The position numbers and the translations under genes are program-made. 33,575 nucleotides of DNA. Origin: Octopus bimaculoides (lineage: Eukaryota). Under the pieces are notes generated by a model. That model saw only the letters and a list, made by a program, of their open reading frames with translations, was not told the DNA's origin and did not search any database. The stretch is taken from contig NC_068999.1 of NCBI RefSeq assembly GCF_001194135.2, positions 15,209,552 through 15,243,126 on the forward strand, given 5' to 3'. How positions within the stretch are numbered: position 1 is the stretch's first letter; each line of letters begins with the position of its first letter. This document shows, in pieces, positions 19,549 to 32,500 of the stretch.

Positions 19549-21552
19549 TCGGACGACTAAAATGATAAAGACGTATAAACGTTATTGAATATCTTAAGAC
19601 AGCCCTATATGAGCGAATCTTCAAACAAAATCGTTGAAGACATAACCATTAGAGTTTCATTCACGATTAAACCTGAAACAAAGTGTGGTTGCTGTTGTTG
19701 TCTTTTTTATGTTGTGCTTGTGGTTCTTGTTGCTGGTATTGTTGTTTTCGTAGTTGTTTAGACCCACGTCAGGCTTGAACGAGAAAACCTATGTCCAACT
19801 CCATTACAGCCTTCTCTTCCGTATTTGTTTTTATATTTGAGGGATTTGCAGCCTTTTTTCATGTATGCGTAAAATTGCTTCCGCTTTGCCCTTGACAAAA
19901 GTCTTTGATTGCAAATTGACATTAATGAAAGCAAAGAAATATTTTGTATTAGAAATGGATGCATTGTGGTTTGTTCTGTTTAACAAAAGGTTTTTTGGAA
20001 TTTGAGGAGATCCTGGCAACGTTAAGATCTGAATGAAGCCTTTGATTTTCCCGTGAATGTCCTCTGTACAATATTTCAAGAAATAAAGTGCCATATTATG
20101 TTTTGCCATATTATCTATGATAGGAGCATATTTGAGTCTGAACGTGTCAAACGTGCAGTGGCCTAGGCAAATGATCTGGACTTAATTTTTACTGCCCCCA
20201 TTTAGTACGAAAACTGATTATAGGCTGAATTGGTATTTTAATTTGTTCTAAGACTTGTTCAATAAAAACACCAAAGATTTGTCGTAGTTTCTTCTAACGT
20301 CAGCAGCAGCACCAGTGCGTGTAGGGGTAAATATCTATTAAATGAATCCTTATCTCCAAAAATGTTGAACTCTCTAACCAACCTACATATTCGTATAACT
20401 TAAACCTTTCTGTTGTTAACAGCAAATCATAGATCGACAATATTATGATTATTTTTATTTTTGCTTGACCGCTGAGTATGTAGGCTGCTACATTTAGGCT
20501 TCCAAACGAGTCTCCCGGAGGGCAAGAATATTTCGTGTTTATGGTGATTCCGTTACGAATGGTATATTTTGGCTCCGTGTTATATGCTATGCATTTTACT
20601 ATCTCGTAAGCATCCAATAGTCTATCCTATCTAACTGTTTCTTGATCTTGATGTTGATATATTTCGTCTATTCTTTTATTTCAATCGCTTTTATTATTCT
20701 AGTTGTTGTTACCTGATATCTTGACTTATATTCTATTGATAAGAATTTATCATGGAAATCTCTTCTTGTGTTTGATGGATTTTGTAATACAAGAACGCAC
20801 GTAAGTAGATGACCGTTTGCTAACAGGCAAATTTCAAGAACATCTTATATTCCAGCTGATTTTTGAAAATGCAGCTAACCATTCTTGCCGAGAATATGCC
20901 TTCTATGGATTTGGAAATAGACGTATGATAAACATCGACACACTGCAATTTATATGAGATATAATTGATTGGCTTAATTGCAGAGATATGTCCCCTGTAT
21001 ATAATTGTGAACAGTATCTACGAAGTGTTCTAAAATGTGTTTTGAAAAACCATGCAAATTATATCCTGAGTAGTAACGTCACACCTGAATAAAAATGCCG
21101 TCATTGTCATAATTTTTATGGCGTTCGCTAAATATATCTGACTGATTTTGGTTAAAATATACGTTTTTCGGTATCGACATTCAGTTTAAGAGCCAGCTTT
21201 CATAGATTACCAAGCAAGTTTCTTTTCAAATGCTCATCAGCATTTTATCCATCTTTACATTCTCAATCGAAAATACTATCAAGATATGTATGTGAACATA
21301 CATATACATCATGTCCTCTCATTCTGTACAAACGCACTCACGGACAGAAACACACACACACGCACACGTGCATTCTCTCTTGCGCGCGCTCACTCATGTA
21401 TAAATACGCACACAACGTCTTTAAGTATATATTGTATTCTACGTCCAAGAGTGTAATAATATTGTCAGACAGGCAGACAGTCACACAGAATGTCAGATAG
21501 ATAGCCAGACAGATTGAAAATCTCTCTTAATAGGGTTAACTCTATATAACAT

Positions 21553-21778
21553 AGAAGCGCTTCCAAATTTTGTCACACGGCCAGCAATTCGGGGGGTGGA
21601 GTGTTTGAAGTCGATTACATCGACCCCGGTGCTCAATGGATTCGTATTTCATCGTCCAGGAAAGGATTAATTGAATGGTCAACCTCAATGGTATTTTCTA
21701 TTGAGAACGTAAAGTTGCATAAAATGATGATGAGCATTTAATTATGCGTGCTTACGATTCAGCCAGCTCCCCGCTTTC
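21553..21778 (-). mobile_element. SINE type A, diverged copy with an alternative 3' part
   Basis: Contains aagtcgattacatcgacccc (shared with the other type A copies) and head gcggggagctggctgaatcgtaagc on the minus strand. Confidence 0.75.
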
Positions 21779-22200
21779 TATGTAACACAGTATTATCTTT
21801 ATATGACAAAGCTTCCATTGAAATGTTAGCCTTATGAAAATTGTTTCCTGTTTTCTGTATTTCGATATGCCGTGATACATATTATATTCATCATATATGT
21901 GATCAGTTGTCATACTGTTCATTTTATTATCTTTTAGCTATGGTCCGAGCAATACATAAATTTCTTCTGTATTGTCAATTTTACGTCGAATATAATGCTG
22001 TAAAATGTCGGTATTACACATCACGTTGATTTTTCATTCAATTTTTTCACTTCACTTTGTATGCTAAACTTTAATAGGCAACCGAGTTACATGACTGAAC
22101 ACACAAATTTCATTCATACGTACTACAAATTTGTCTCACCTTTTATGCAATTTTTTGAGAACTTGACAAGAACAACCCATCAATATTGTTTTACATGATA

Positions 22201-22420
22201 GAGCGGCGATATGGCAGAATCATTAGCAAGCCGGGCAAAATGCCCAGCAGTATTTCGTCCATCCTCATGCTCTGGATTCAAACCAAGCCGAGTTGATTGA
22301 AAGCATTGCCTTCAATGCTTTATGATCGACAAAATAAATAACGGTTGAATCCTGGGGTCGAAGTAATCGACTTACCACCTTCCTTGAACTTGCTGCTAGC
22401 GCGCCAAAACTTTAATTGAA
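22201..22420 (+). mobile_element. SINE type A, diverged copy
   Basis: gcggcgatatggcagaatcattagcaagccgggcaaaatgc...ctggggtcgaagtaatcgactt. Confidence 0.8.
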
Positions 22421-22454
22421 TATACCATTTTATATTATATGTTATTACTCCCTC

Positions 22455-22839
22455 GAGGAGGCGCAATAGCCCATTGGTTAGGGCAGCGGACTCGCCGTCA
22501 TACTATCGTAGTTTCGATTCCCAGACCGGGCGTTGTGAGCGTTTATTGAGCGAAAACACCTAAAGCTCCCCGATGATCCGGCAGGGGATGGTGGCGAACC
22601 CTGCTGTACTCTTTCACCACTACTTTCTCTCACTCTTACTTCCTGTTTCTGTTGTGCCTCTAATTCAAAGGGTCAGCCTTGTCACACTGTGTCACACTGA
22701 ATATCCCGGAGAACTACATTAAGGGTACACGTGTCTATGGAGTGCTCAGCCACGTGTACGTTAATTTCACGAACAGGCTGTTCCATTGATCACATCAGCT
22801 GCAACCCTCGATGTCGTAAGCGACGGACTGCCAATAATA
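22455..22839 (+). mobile_element. tRNA-headed SINE (type B), full length with 8-bp TSD
   Basis: A-box tagcccattggttag, B-box gtttcgattccc (22511-22522), short (AAT)n tail. TSD actccctc at 22447-22454 and 22840-22847. Confidence 0.85.
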
Positions 22840-23299
22840 ACTCCCTCTAAATCTCTAAACTCCTATCATTTTATCGCTAGTATTATATTTTGTGCCGATT
22901 GGTTTTCTCGATGTTTTGTCAAGATATAATTGCTTGACCTAAACGTAAATAAATAAAAAAACACGATGACATTTTCGGAGAGCTACTTACGATACGTGTG
23001 ACATTGTTTAATAATATCAGTTTCAATTCCACAGTGTCAACATCGTTCGTTGCACGTGGAGTATTTACATGCATCTATATCTCGTTTATACCTCAGCTAT
23101 TCTCTTCCTCTGTCGCAACAGCATACTCTTCAAACAGGTAATCAATAACTGTTATATTATCTCAAGACTAAGTGTTTTGGTTAGCTCTATTGCGGTCATT
23201 TAATTCCTCTGCAGCAAAACAGATCTGCATGACCGGTTACTGATATACACACGTTTTTGGGGGTTTTTTTTCTCGTTTTTCTTTTTTTCTGGAGACCTA

Positions 23300-23660
23300 T
23301 TGAGTTAGAGGCCAGTGACATCTATGAATGTATATTTACGTTCATCAGTCAACACGTATTGCGAAGGTTTCCGTCCAGCTCTCATTATATTATCTGATTT
23401 GCTTACAATTCTGTTGTTACTCGTGTGCAACAGAGGATACAATTTCAAACCTACATAAGTAAATTTAGCACTCTTTATGAAGTATCGGAACGATAGTCCA
23501 TTTCCTCGAAATATTTCCAGATAAGAAGATATCCATTTAACATTTTACACCAATGTAGGGATATCTATGCTGCAGAAGATACATCGTTCTCATAGATTTC
23601 CACTTGAGGCTTTCAGTGATGTGTTCTTCAGGAAGACATAAGGTTTTCACGGGTTGATAA
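23300..23660 (-). mobile_element. Possible CR1-like LINE relic (region upstream of RT core)
   Basis: Minus strand SGNISRKWTIVPILHK resembles SGxxPxxWKxAxVVPIxKK. Otherwise very decayed. Confidence 0.25.
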
Positions 23661-23768
23661 TTTCTAATCTGTCTCTGGAGTTAGATACGAAGTCCAGACG
23701 TTGCTGTAAACGTTTTGTCGTGTTGTGCGTTTGTGCGGTTTCACATACACGGACAAGCGCGCGCAATT

Positions 23769-23770
<2 letters not shown>

Positions 23771-23808
<38 letters not shown>

Positions 23809-24010
23809 NNNNNNNNNNNNNNNNNNNNNNNNNNNNNNNNNNNNNNNNNNNNNNNNNNNNNNNNNNNNNNNNNNNNNNNNNNNNNNNNNNNNNNNNNNNN
23901 NNNNNNNNNNNNNNNNNNNNNNNNNNNNNNNNNNNNNNNNNNNNNNNNNNNNNNNNNNNNNNNNNNNNNNNNNNNNNNNNNNNNNNATATATATATATAT
24001 ATATATATAT
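23771..24010. repeat. (CA)n and (TA)n around a 178-N gap (23809-23986)
   Basis: Directly visible. Confidence 0.95.
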
Positions 24011-24179
24011 AAATATGATTACGTGTTGTGGTCAGGAATTAGATACACAGACATACAACCGGCTCGTACTTAGCGACACTAGGAGTACATATAATAATGA
24101 TAATAAAAGAAAAATACTGTTTACAGCAACGTCTAGATTTTGTATTTAGCTGCGGAGACGTTAGAAATGATCAACCCAT

Positions 24180-25020
24180 GTAAATAAATGTCCAGTTACG
24201 GAATTGTCCGTTACACAGTTGTCCGGGACGCAAATATCCTCACGCTACTGTCCGTCGACCGGAATTTAGGTTTGGAAAGATGAAGAATTTAAGAATATCC
24301 AAGGTCTGGATGTCGTGCAACTGCCACAACCGACAGAATATTGATCGTGTTCCCTACATGGTAATGGATGACATGCGTTTGACTATAAATCAACATGTCA
24401 ATACCCTTAACATATCTTGAGAGAACATTGAGAACATGTTGCATAATGAACTTGGCATGACGGTTTCCTCGTGGTAGGCGCCACGTCTTCTGACATCTGA
24501 TAAAAATTGCACCAGGTTTATTACATTACAAGAAGATCTGACATTGTTTAAGGCAGATCCAGGTGGATTCCTTGAACTCTTCCTACCACAGGATGAATGT
24601 TGGGTTCATTACTTTAAGCCACAGTAAAGAGACAATTTATACATCGGAAATGTCTCTCCTCATCTGATCAATAGGTCAAGATTGTTTTATTTGCAGTGAA
24701 GGTCATGGTCTTTGTGTTTTTGGATAAAACAAATAATATTGTTTGACTTTCTGTATGAAGAATTTCAAATAGAAAGTGTCTTACATGGTTATCCAACAAG
24801 TACGATTTTGTGATTCTTATTGAGAAACGAAATATGTATAATGCTTAATAAATTATACCATACTATTTTCCAGATTACTGTTTCGTGATATAATAATTCT
24901 GCAAAGAGTGCTTCCAGAATTTTCATCTCCATGCAGCACACAGAAATTCACCCAAAACAACAAACACATAATGGATTCTATTACTGGAATAAGCAGTGCT
25001 TCAAGAATACACAAAATACA
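24180..25020 (+). mobile_element. Second, more decayed mariner transposase relic (different lineage, irritans/Hsmar2-like)
   Basis: Hand translation: PRSGCRATATTDRILIV / NIDRVPYMVMDDMRLTINQ, ENIENMLHNELGMT, W*APRLLTSDKN (WVPRLL motif), LFKADPGGFLELFLPQDECWVHYF (first catalytic D), KVMVFVF (cf. KVMASVFWD). TIRs not recognisable; the 3' boundary is uncertain. Confidence 0.8.
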
Positions 25021-25046
25021 TTTTTCCCTACCTACATAATTATATA

Positions 25047-25109
25047 NNNNNNNNNNNNNNNNNNNNNNNNNNNNNNNNNNNNNNNNNNNNNNNNNNNNNN
25101 NNNNNNNNN
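25047..25109. other. Assembly gap (63 N) flanked by (TA)n
   Basis: N run. Confidence 1.
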
Positions 25110-25394
25110 TATATATACACATACAGTTTCTGTCATAGAGTGATATATGAGCTGTTGATGGAGGAAGTGAAAAACACATAAAATAACAGAAGGGAAAGCG
25201 AAGAAAAGAGGAGGAGAAAACATGAGAAAAGAAAATGTAAAGTTGATTGTGAATATATTCAACAAGTTATAGATAAATAATTAAAGCGAACCTTCGCTAT
25301 TGGAACTTGCTAATACGTCATATGTTGTATACTCTGTTGAATATTTTCTACGTTATCTCGTAATCTTCGTACGCACGTTATCTATATTCACACA

Positions 25395-25664
25395 CACGCG
25401 CACGGGAACACACACACACACACATATACACACTCATATATATATATATATATACAAATACACAGCTGAATTTATTAGATATATGTTTCTTCATAAATGT
25501 TATAAGCGATAGGCATATATGCATACACGTGTACACATCTACATGCATACTTACTTATATATAACTAAATTTACATTTATATCAATATTATATATATACG
25601 GATATATAAATATACATATATATATAAATGTTGTACGTATATGATGCATACATTTGTATATGCG

Positions 25665-25705
<41 letters not shown>

Positions 25706-25710
25706 TGATA
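25395..25710. repeat. Compound (CA)n/(TA)n/(GATA)n low-complexity tract
   Basis: Directly visible. (GATA)n about 25665-25710. Confidence 0.9.
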
Positions 25711-27829
25711 GTTATTGAAATATGCATGTATGTATTTCATTCTGTATTGATCGAAAACATTTTTTAATCTAAAATATGATCAAATATCTGAAATTTAAGA
25801 AAATATGAATAGGGCTTCTCGTGTAATTTAAAGAAAATTTTATCAATCTCTAGAATTATTGAAAATTTTGAAAGTCTTTGAAATTTAATAATATCGCATC
25901 ATAACTTACATGAAAAAATTTCTCTGGCTCAATGTACGTAAAAATCGTACATTTTCTACATGTTATGAAACGTGAAATGCATTGAGGTTAAACTTTAGAT
26001 TATCAATGATAATAGTTTTATATGGATGATCGTATTCAATGTCATAAAATATATAGTTTCATGCAATTTTAATAACGAAATAGTTTAATATATACATTAA
26101 GTTCGTAGGTGTTGCCTAGCCTCTTTTCAAAACTCTTACTTACGTCCAATAGACTTCTTTCAAATTTGGTTATCGCATGATTTTACGTACGTAACCAAGC
26201 CCACAGCTAATAGTATATGATCTGTATTCTTATCGCACTAGGCTTTTTTTTTCTTTACGGAAGATTTAAGTACTGTTTCTGGTGTATTAAGGGATCACGT
26301 TAAAACTGCCGGTTTACTCCTTCATAAGTTAGTGCTGGTATGGCTAAATCGGTACAACCTAGCCTTTTACAAATCATTACGTTTTAGTTTGTATATCCAC
26401 ACATATCATGTGCGTCTTGCTAGGCAAACCTGCACTTTGCATTACCATTATAATGCGTGAGAACTAAGAATAAATCAATAAGTCTGCTACATGACAGCAC
26501 TCTAGTATGGTCATTTCAACTAAAATAAATAGTAGAAGAAAAAAATAATGTGAATTTCTCGATGCTGAAGAAGAACTACAGTGAAACTTACGATACGTAA
26601 TTAGGTAAATGTATCGTAACAAACTCTTATTAAAGATCTTATGACGCAACTCACTTCATGAAGGGAGATAAAAACTGTGACACGTTCTGTCCCTCTCTCT
26701 CTTTCTCCTTTTCTCTCTCTTTCTTTCTTACTCTCTCTGTCCCTCTTCGTCTATATTTTTAAACATAGTCGCACACACACAGGCAGATCTACGTAATTCA
26801 TTCCAGCATGCATTCTTACGATTTCCGAATAAACGCATATTTTATGCCTTCCATATTTGTCAAAAATAATTTGACGAGTAGTGTGAATCTGAGAAAGAAA
26901 CCGGTGGTTGAATATGTTATTATTTTAGCTTTTCATTCCGAGGCCGGCGTTGATCAAACGAATTTGAACCCGTAATTCCCACTCGTGACAATCTTATTGT
27001 ATTCAGATTTCGTTATTATACTTGCCCAATTTTAGGAACATATATGGTAAATAGAATGTGGAACAATTATTTTTCATTCGGGCGTTGTTTCTTCTATATA
27101 TTGATAAAATGTTTCTTAGGACATCACATGATTTTTTTACGTCCCAGCTTGTTCTGATATCTAATCCACCGAGTTAGATTTACCGTTTCCTATACGATGG
27201 CATCTCGCTATTCTGTGAGTTAAGCATTTCACAAGAAAGAATACAATAACTACGGATATTCACATAACAATGGATTTCCGAGCCAACGTCGCCTAGGCGT
27301 GGGCAAAGTTCAAATAATATATCAGAGAAAGGATAAAAAAAATGTAAATTTTCATAAACTAAAATAGAAATACAGTTGCTGGAAATGGTGGCTTTGAAAT
27401 CTTTTATAGATTCAATTTATCACAGACATATCCAACGTGTTAAAATTTACATTAAAATGTTTCGTATATTTTTACAACTTTTCGTTAATATTTGCACACA
27501 CACACTCTTTAACACATATGCACACAAACATATATACACGTAGACATTCAAACACTTGCATATCTAACATCTACGCAATATTTGCAGCGTGCTTTAATAT
27601 AGACAAGATGAATTACATATTTACAATTAAACAATAAAAGAAACCGTGAGAAGCTTTTCAAGATTGCGTTCACATGATTTATGAGTTATATCTAAAGAGA
27701 AAATGTGTTAAGTCAGTAAAGTCCAATTAAACATTTTGCAATCATCAATATCAGGAATTCTAGTGAACAGACGTATGCACAAGCACACATGACACACCTC
27801 TCAAACGTACACTAACACACAGAAGCCCA

Positions 27830-28044
27830 TACATACATTTACATTTACACACGCACACACACACACGAACACACATATGTTTATATTTATATATGTTTAT
27901 ATAAATATATTTATACATGTATATAAACATGTATAAATATATATTTATGCATTCACGCACACGCACACATATTGAGAGATAGATAAATAGAGAGATCGAT
28001 AGATACACAATCAGATAGACATACAGACAGACATACAGGCAGAC

Positions 28045-28126
<82 letters not shown>

Positions 28127-28205
28127 ATAGATATATAGATAGATAGATACTCATTAATATGCACGTAGTTTTACATATATGGTTTGTTAGAATCTGAATA
28201 AATAT

Positions 28206-28246
<41 letters not shown>
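27830..28246. repeat. Compound microsatellite with a long (GATA)n array (about 28045-28148), (GACA)n, (CA)n, (TA)n
   Basis: Directly visible. Confidence 0.95.
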
Positions 28247-29364
28247 AGAATGAGAATTTGAAATGTTATGAAAGAATTCTCAAGCTATCATTTAGTATAA
28301 ATGTTTTTATATACCAATGTCTAACAGAATTAACAAACGTGTCGTTCTGGTCTTCCTTGGCTTGCAAGAAGTGGCAATGAAATAATCTTCAATCACATAG
28401 CACCGCCAAAATTGCTGGAAGCAACCATTAGGTAATCTAACGTCCATTTCATTCGTGTACATTCGAACATATAAACTGATTATGCTGCAAAATGTGTCTC
28501 GAGAGAAGTAATTACCCTTATATATAATATGGATCTAAACACATACTTGGCTATGCATAGTGTCACCGGAAGCTAGAACTACGCTTTTTTGCGTCGTTAT
28601 GTTTCATCCGTTTCGTATATCGAACTGTCGTTCATGTCGTCTAAAAGCTGCTAGCATTTATAATAGATAGCAAATGGTCCTCACAGTATTTTAATCAAGT
28701 GATTCTTAGAGTGTGAGGGAGACTGAGAATTGAAATGGTGTAAATTAATTGCTCATTTCAATAAAATGGACTTGGTATGAAGGAGTTTCGCTTTCGAAAA
28801 GACTGTGTCGGAGCTTATGATATTATATAGATACAATTTGTATTCAAATGCATTAGAAGAAAAGTTTCGATAATATGTTTCATGTGTGATATTGTTAATT
28901 TTCGGAAACCGACAGTTTTCATCTCATGGATACACTGAATGTCATATATGAATATCTAATTTAATCTGATACTGATTATCAGACATAAGGACATTTGTGT
29001 AAGACTAGCTTCTGTGTTAGAGCAAGAGAATAGTTGGTCAGGACCTCTGATAGAATATACTTGAAGAATAACCCTCTTAGTGGACCGAACCACATATGGC
29101 TTGGTTTCGGATCACAACATTGAAATGGCAATGTATGTACACACACGCATACACAGGCACGCAGACACACCCTCCAACAAACAAACACACACACACACAC
29201 ACACACGTAAGTGGATGAGTGTTCGCTCGTAGTCTGAGAATATCTCCTCTGGAAATTCTTAGTGAACAACGTGCAAAATTGATAGTCATGAAATATATAT
29301 GCTGCACATTAGCTCCCTTCCAATACTAGGTCAACATCGCTTCAACATCGCAGACATACACACT

Positions 29365-29431
29365 ACACACGCGCATACACACACATATATATATATATAT
29401 ATAGGTATTATGTGTATATATGTATGTGTAC

Positions 29432-29492
<61 letters not shown>

Positions 29493-29500
29493 TATATATG
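29365..29500. repeat. (CA)n/(TA)n microsatellites
   Basis: Directly visible. Confidence 0.95.
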
Positions 29501-31399
29501 TCCGTTTACGTAGATATGTACATAAGTATATGTGTGTAATATTCATACAGATAGAGGCCGATATTGATGCGTGCATGTTGTTGATATGCATACATCAATG
29601 TTTATGTTATTTGTTTTTTAATTACCTACATAGGAAAATTTCTGACTTCTCAAAAGATAACGGGAAAATGATATCAGTACATGAGAGATTTCAAAGTAGC
29701 AGTATTCTATAATGTTTGATTAGGTAAAGTTATTGTTATTCATCATATGTTTATAACCTATAAAGTGACGTCTTAATGTCTTGTCCTACGATAAGTTGAC
29801 GATAAACGAGCATGGTTGTAAAATCAATGAACGAAACCAGTACTCTGCTTTTACATGCATGGCCGTGTCTCGATCCTCATACAGGGTTTGGTACGAAATT
29901 CTCAATATATATGCTATACTTTTATCGATACGTGAATGAAATTAATCTTAGCCCTTTGTCTAGTCACTTTTATTTTCTTCTCTTCTTTTACGCTCATCTA
30001 CTGATAATTTTCTCTTATCTATTTAGAATTTATCTTCTTTTTTTTTTGTTAATTGAAAAAACGAATTGAAGCAATTCTTCGATCGCACGAAATGCACACA
30101 AGTGCGCTCTATTTGTGCATTCGTCGATTTTATCTCCGTCATCTTATTTTCTGGTGATACACTTATTTAACTGTGCTTTCGCAGTTGTCCGTGTATTGGC
30201 AGTCATTTCACACAGTCTATGCATTCAGAGACATACTATGTTCTTGTGTCCATACGTATATCTATATATATGATTTCCAATACAACGTGAGTATTTAAAT
30301 CTTTAAAATAAACCTACAGCTGTCTTGATGGCGTCACGTATCTTTCGTATATTTGCGTATTTAAAGGATTGACATTGCATTCGAAGGAACAAAATTAATT
30401 ATTTTCTTTCCGCACCAAATATGACAAAATCATTATGAAGGTTGAAAAAGGTTCAATTACACTTGTTACACCGATTATAAATTTGATTAGTGAGGTTCTA
30501 AGCAAATCCCTTTTTTTTTAATCTACAATACATGCATCGAAAATTCTCTACTGTATACATCTGTGACATAGATATTGTGTCTCTAATACAACAACATACA
30601 TCGAAAGTTCCTCAGTCGATGTGCTTAACTATATAAAAATTGAGCCGAAAATATTTTACACCTGTCACCTACGAGATGAAAATAAGTGAGTGAGTCACCA
30701 AGAAAGCACTCCAGTTCACGTATCCTAAAGAATAGTGTAGTAGTAGTGTCATCTACCTTGATAATTACTCGCTACTTTAACAATAATGTCGAGTCTAAAG
30801 CCTTGGTTAGGCTTTCTCATTGCAAAACAGAACTGAGATTCCATGCCATTGCATGAGACAAATCCATCTGAGGTTATCCCAGGTAGCATAATACAAACTT
30901 CTTGTTTTAATTGGATCTAAACTAAAAATATCCATCAAGATATCACATTAATTTTCTTCTAATTTTCAGCTTAAGACTAAGAAAATTACCTTACCCATTT
31001 TCTTCGTTATTTTCAACATTCGTGGAAACAAATTCTGGATATGTCAACAGAAATATAGCAACAAATATGCTAAATCATAGAACATAAAAAATAAGAACGG
31101 AAGCTAAATTACTCATGAAATACAGAATGGAAATTCGCAAATCAACAAGATATAAATTTTTGGTGCTGTAAAGGTCACAGAGATAACCTTACCTGCACAT
31201 TCTGTGGTTGAATTAATCCAACCTAGATTTATGATATAAAAATAATTACATCAACGTCACAAGAGGAATAATTGTCTTGATATCCAAGGGCTCAACAACT
31301 GTTGAGATGGAAATCCATTTTAGAGGGATACACAAAGCGGTAGTTACTCTTGACGAAATCCTTAAAATGATATGCTATATTTCACAAAAAATGATATAA

Positions 31400-31830
31400 A
31401 AGAAAAAAACAGAAATGCTTAGTCATCTATGAGTCAATGCAAGATCTTACCAATTTGTTGAAGGCATTTATCGTCAATGAGACACTTGCTGTATCCAGTG
31501 GTTATTCTATTTAACAACATTAACACGCACACGCATAGATACATAGGCACGCAGAGAGAAACACTGCTGCCAGAAAATGTTATGATGTAGACGAGATTTG
31601 CAAGTGAAGTCAGTTTCAATTTTAAATGCTCTTGCTTTACATGGAATTCTGAGCCTTCCATTATGTTGGGAAATGTTTCACAGGTCGGTCGTCCACACTT
31701 TGTAACTCTTACATCTGTTATTTTTTTAGTACAGTTATGAATTTGTGAGTATCCGCTTCAGTGGATTTGGCTGTTGCTGCCTTGAATAATTTTATCGTTG
31801 AATAGAATTTCAGCGCGAATGACCCTAAGA
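31400..31830 (-). mobile_element. Penelope-like element fragment: linker and GIY-YIG endonuclease
   Basis: Minus strand: RQQQPNPLKRILTNS (cf. KRQPxxLKxILTRAKF), KCGRPTCETFPNIMEGSEFHVKQ (CxxC linker, cf. KCGRPNCGTCP), ANLVYIITFSG (GIY motif, cf. NLIYCITCSGC), CLQQI (cf. HRQQI). Interrupted by a GT-rich insertion near 31520-31570. Confidence 0.75.
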
Positions 31831-32421
31831 CGTAGATCTACACTACACAGACAACAAATCTACCACTCCAATACCGTCAAATACGACTCAGTGGTCGCAC
31901 AGACAGATGTGCTTTGGAACGCCAGTCACAATTCACAATATTCCCACTAATGCAGGGAAGGACCTCGAATGAAAAAAAAAACACTAAATGAAAAGGCTAC
32001 ATTTATTGAAAGACAGAAGCAAAAACTTAATATAAATGTATAATGGAATTCACAATTAAAAACCAACCTGCAAAAAGGAAAAAAAAAACATTAGCCACTT
32101 TTTAGCTCAGAAATATTGCATCCACTGATTATCCCTTAGCCACAATACATTATATTCACTGATTATTCTCCTTGAGCTACACTCTCCTGTATAAGCGCAA
32201 AATTGCATCATACCTGCTTCTATGGAAAATTAAATCAAAAACGTACTATGAATTCATAACAGTGAGTTATGATTAGGAAAGCGAAACAGGTCGACTATGT
32301 ACCTATTGTAATGGATTAAATAATCTTTACCAACACAAATAAGATTTCTGTGCTTTCCCACCTTAAATCTTACTTTATATTTACCAACACATGGAATCTC
32401 CCACCGAATTTTTTTTTACCG

Positions 32422-32423
<2 letters not shown>

Positions 32424-32455
<32 letters not shown>

Positions 32456-32500
32456 ATGTATGTATGTATGTATGTATGTATGTATGTATCTATGTAAGTA
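32424..32500. repeat. (TA)n + (TATG)n microsatellite
   Basis: Directly visible. Confidence 0.95.

Larger units (their letters stand above)
17670..21010. repeat. About 3.3-kb diverged palindrome: left arm about 17670-19399, 40-nt loop 19400-19439, right arm about 19440-21010
   Basis: Colinear inverted homology over about 1.5 kb, roughly 70-75% by eye. Exact anchors: 17874-17890 / 20766-20782 (17 bp), 17959-17975 / 20684-20700 (17 bp), 18828-18847 / 19768-19787 (20 bp). Confidence 0.95.

Noticed and set aside
20300-20617. 105-aa ORF with PPGDSFGS, resembling PQGDSLSP of RTE-like RTs
   Set aside because: The paralogous left arm reads SQRHVWW there, and differences between arms fall mostly on first codon positions in this frame. 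There is no clear YADD.
26105-26435. Possible short TIR pair (ggtgttgcctagc / gctaggcaaacc)
   Set aside because: Only about 12 matching bases with a gap, no TSD and no internal support.
30880-31250. Faint plus-strand resemblance to Penelope RT motifs
   Set aside because: Too degenerate to support without an alignment.
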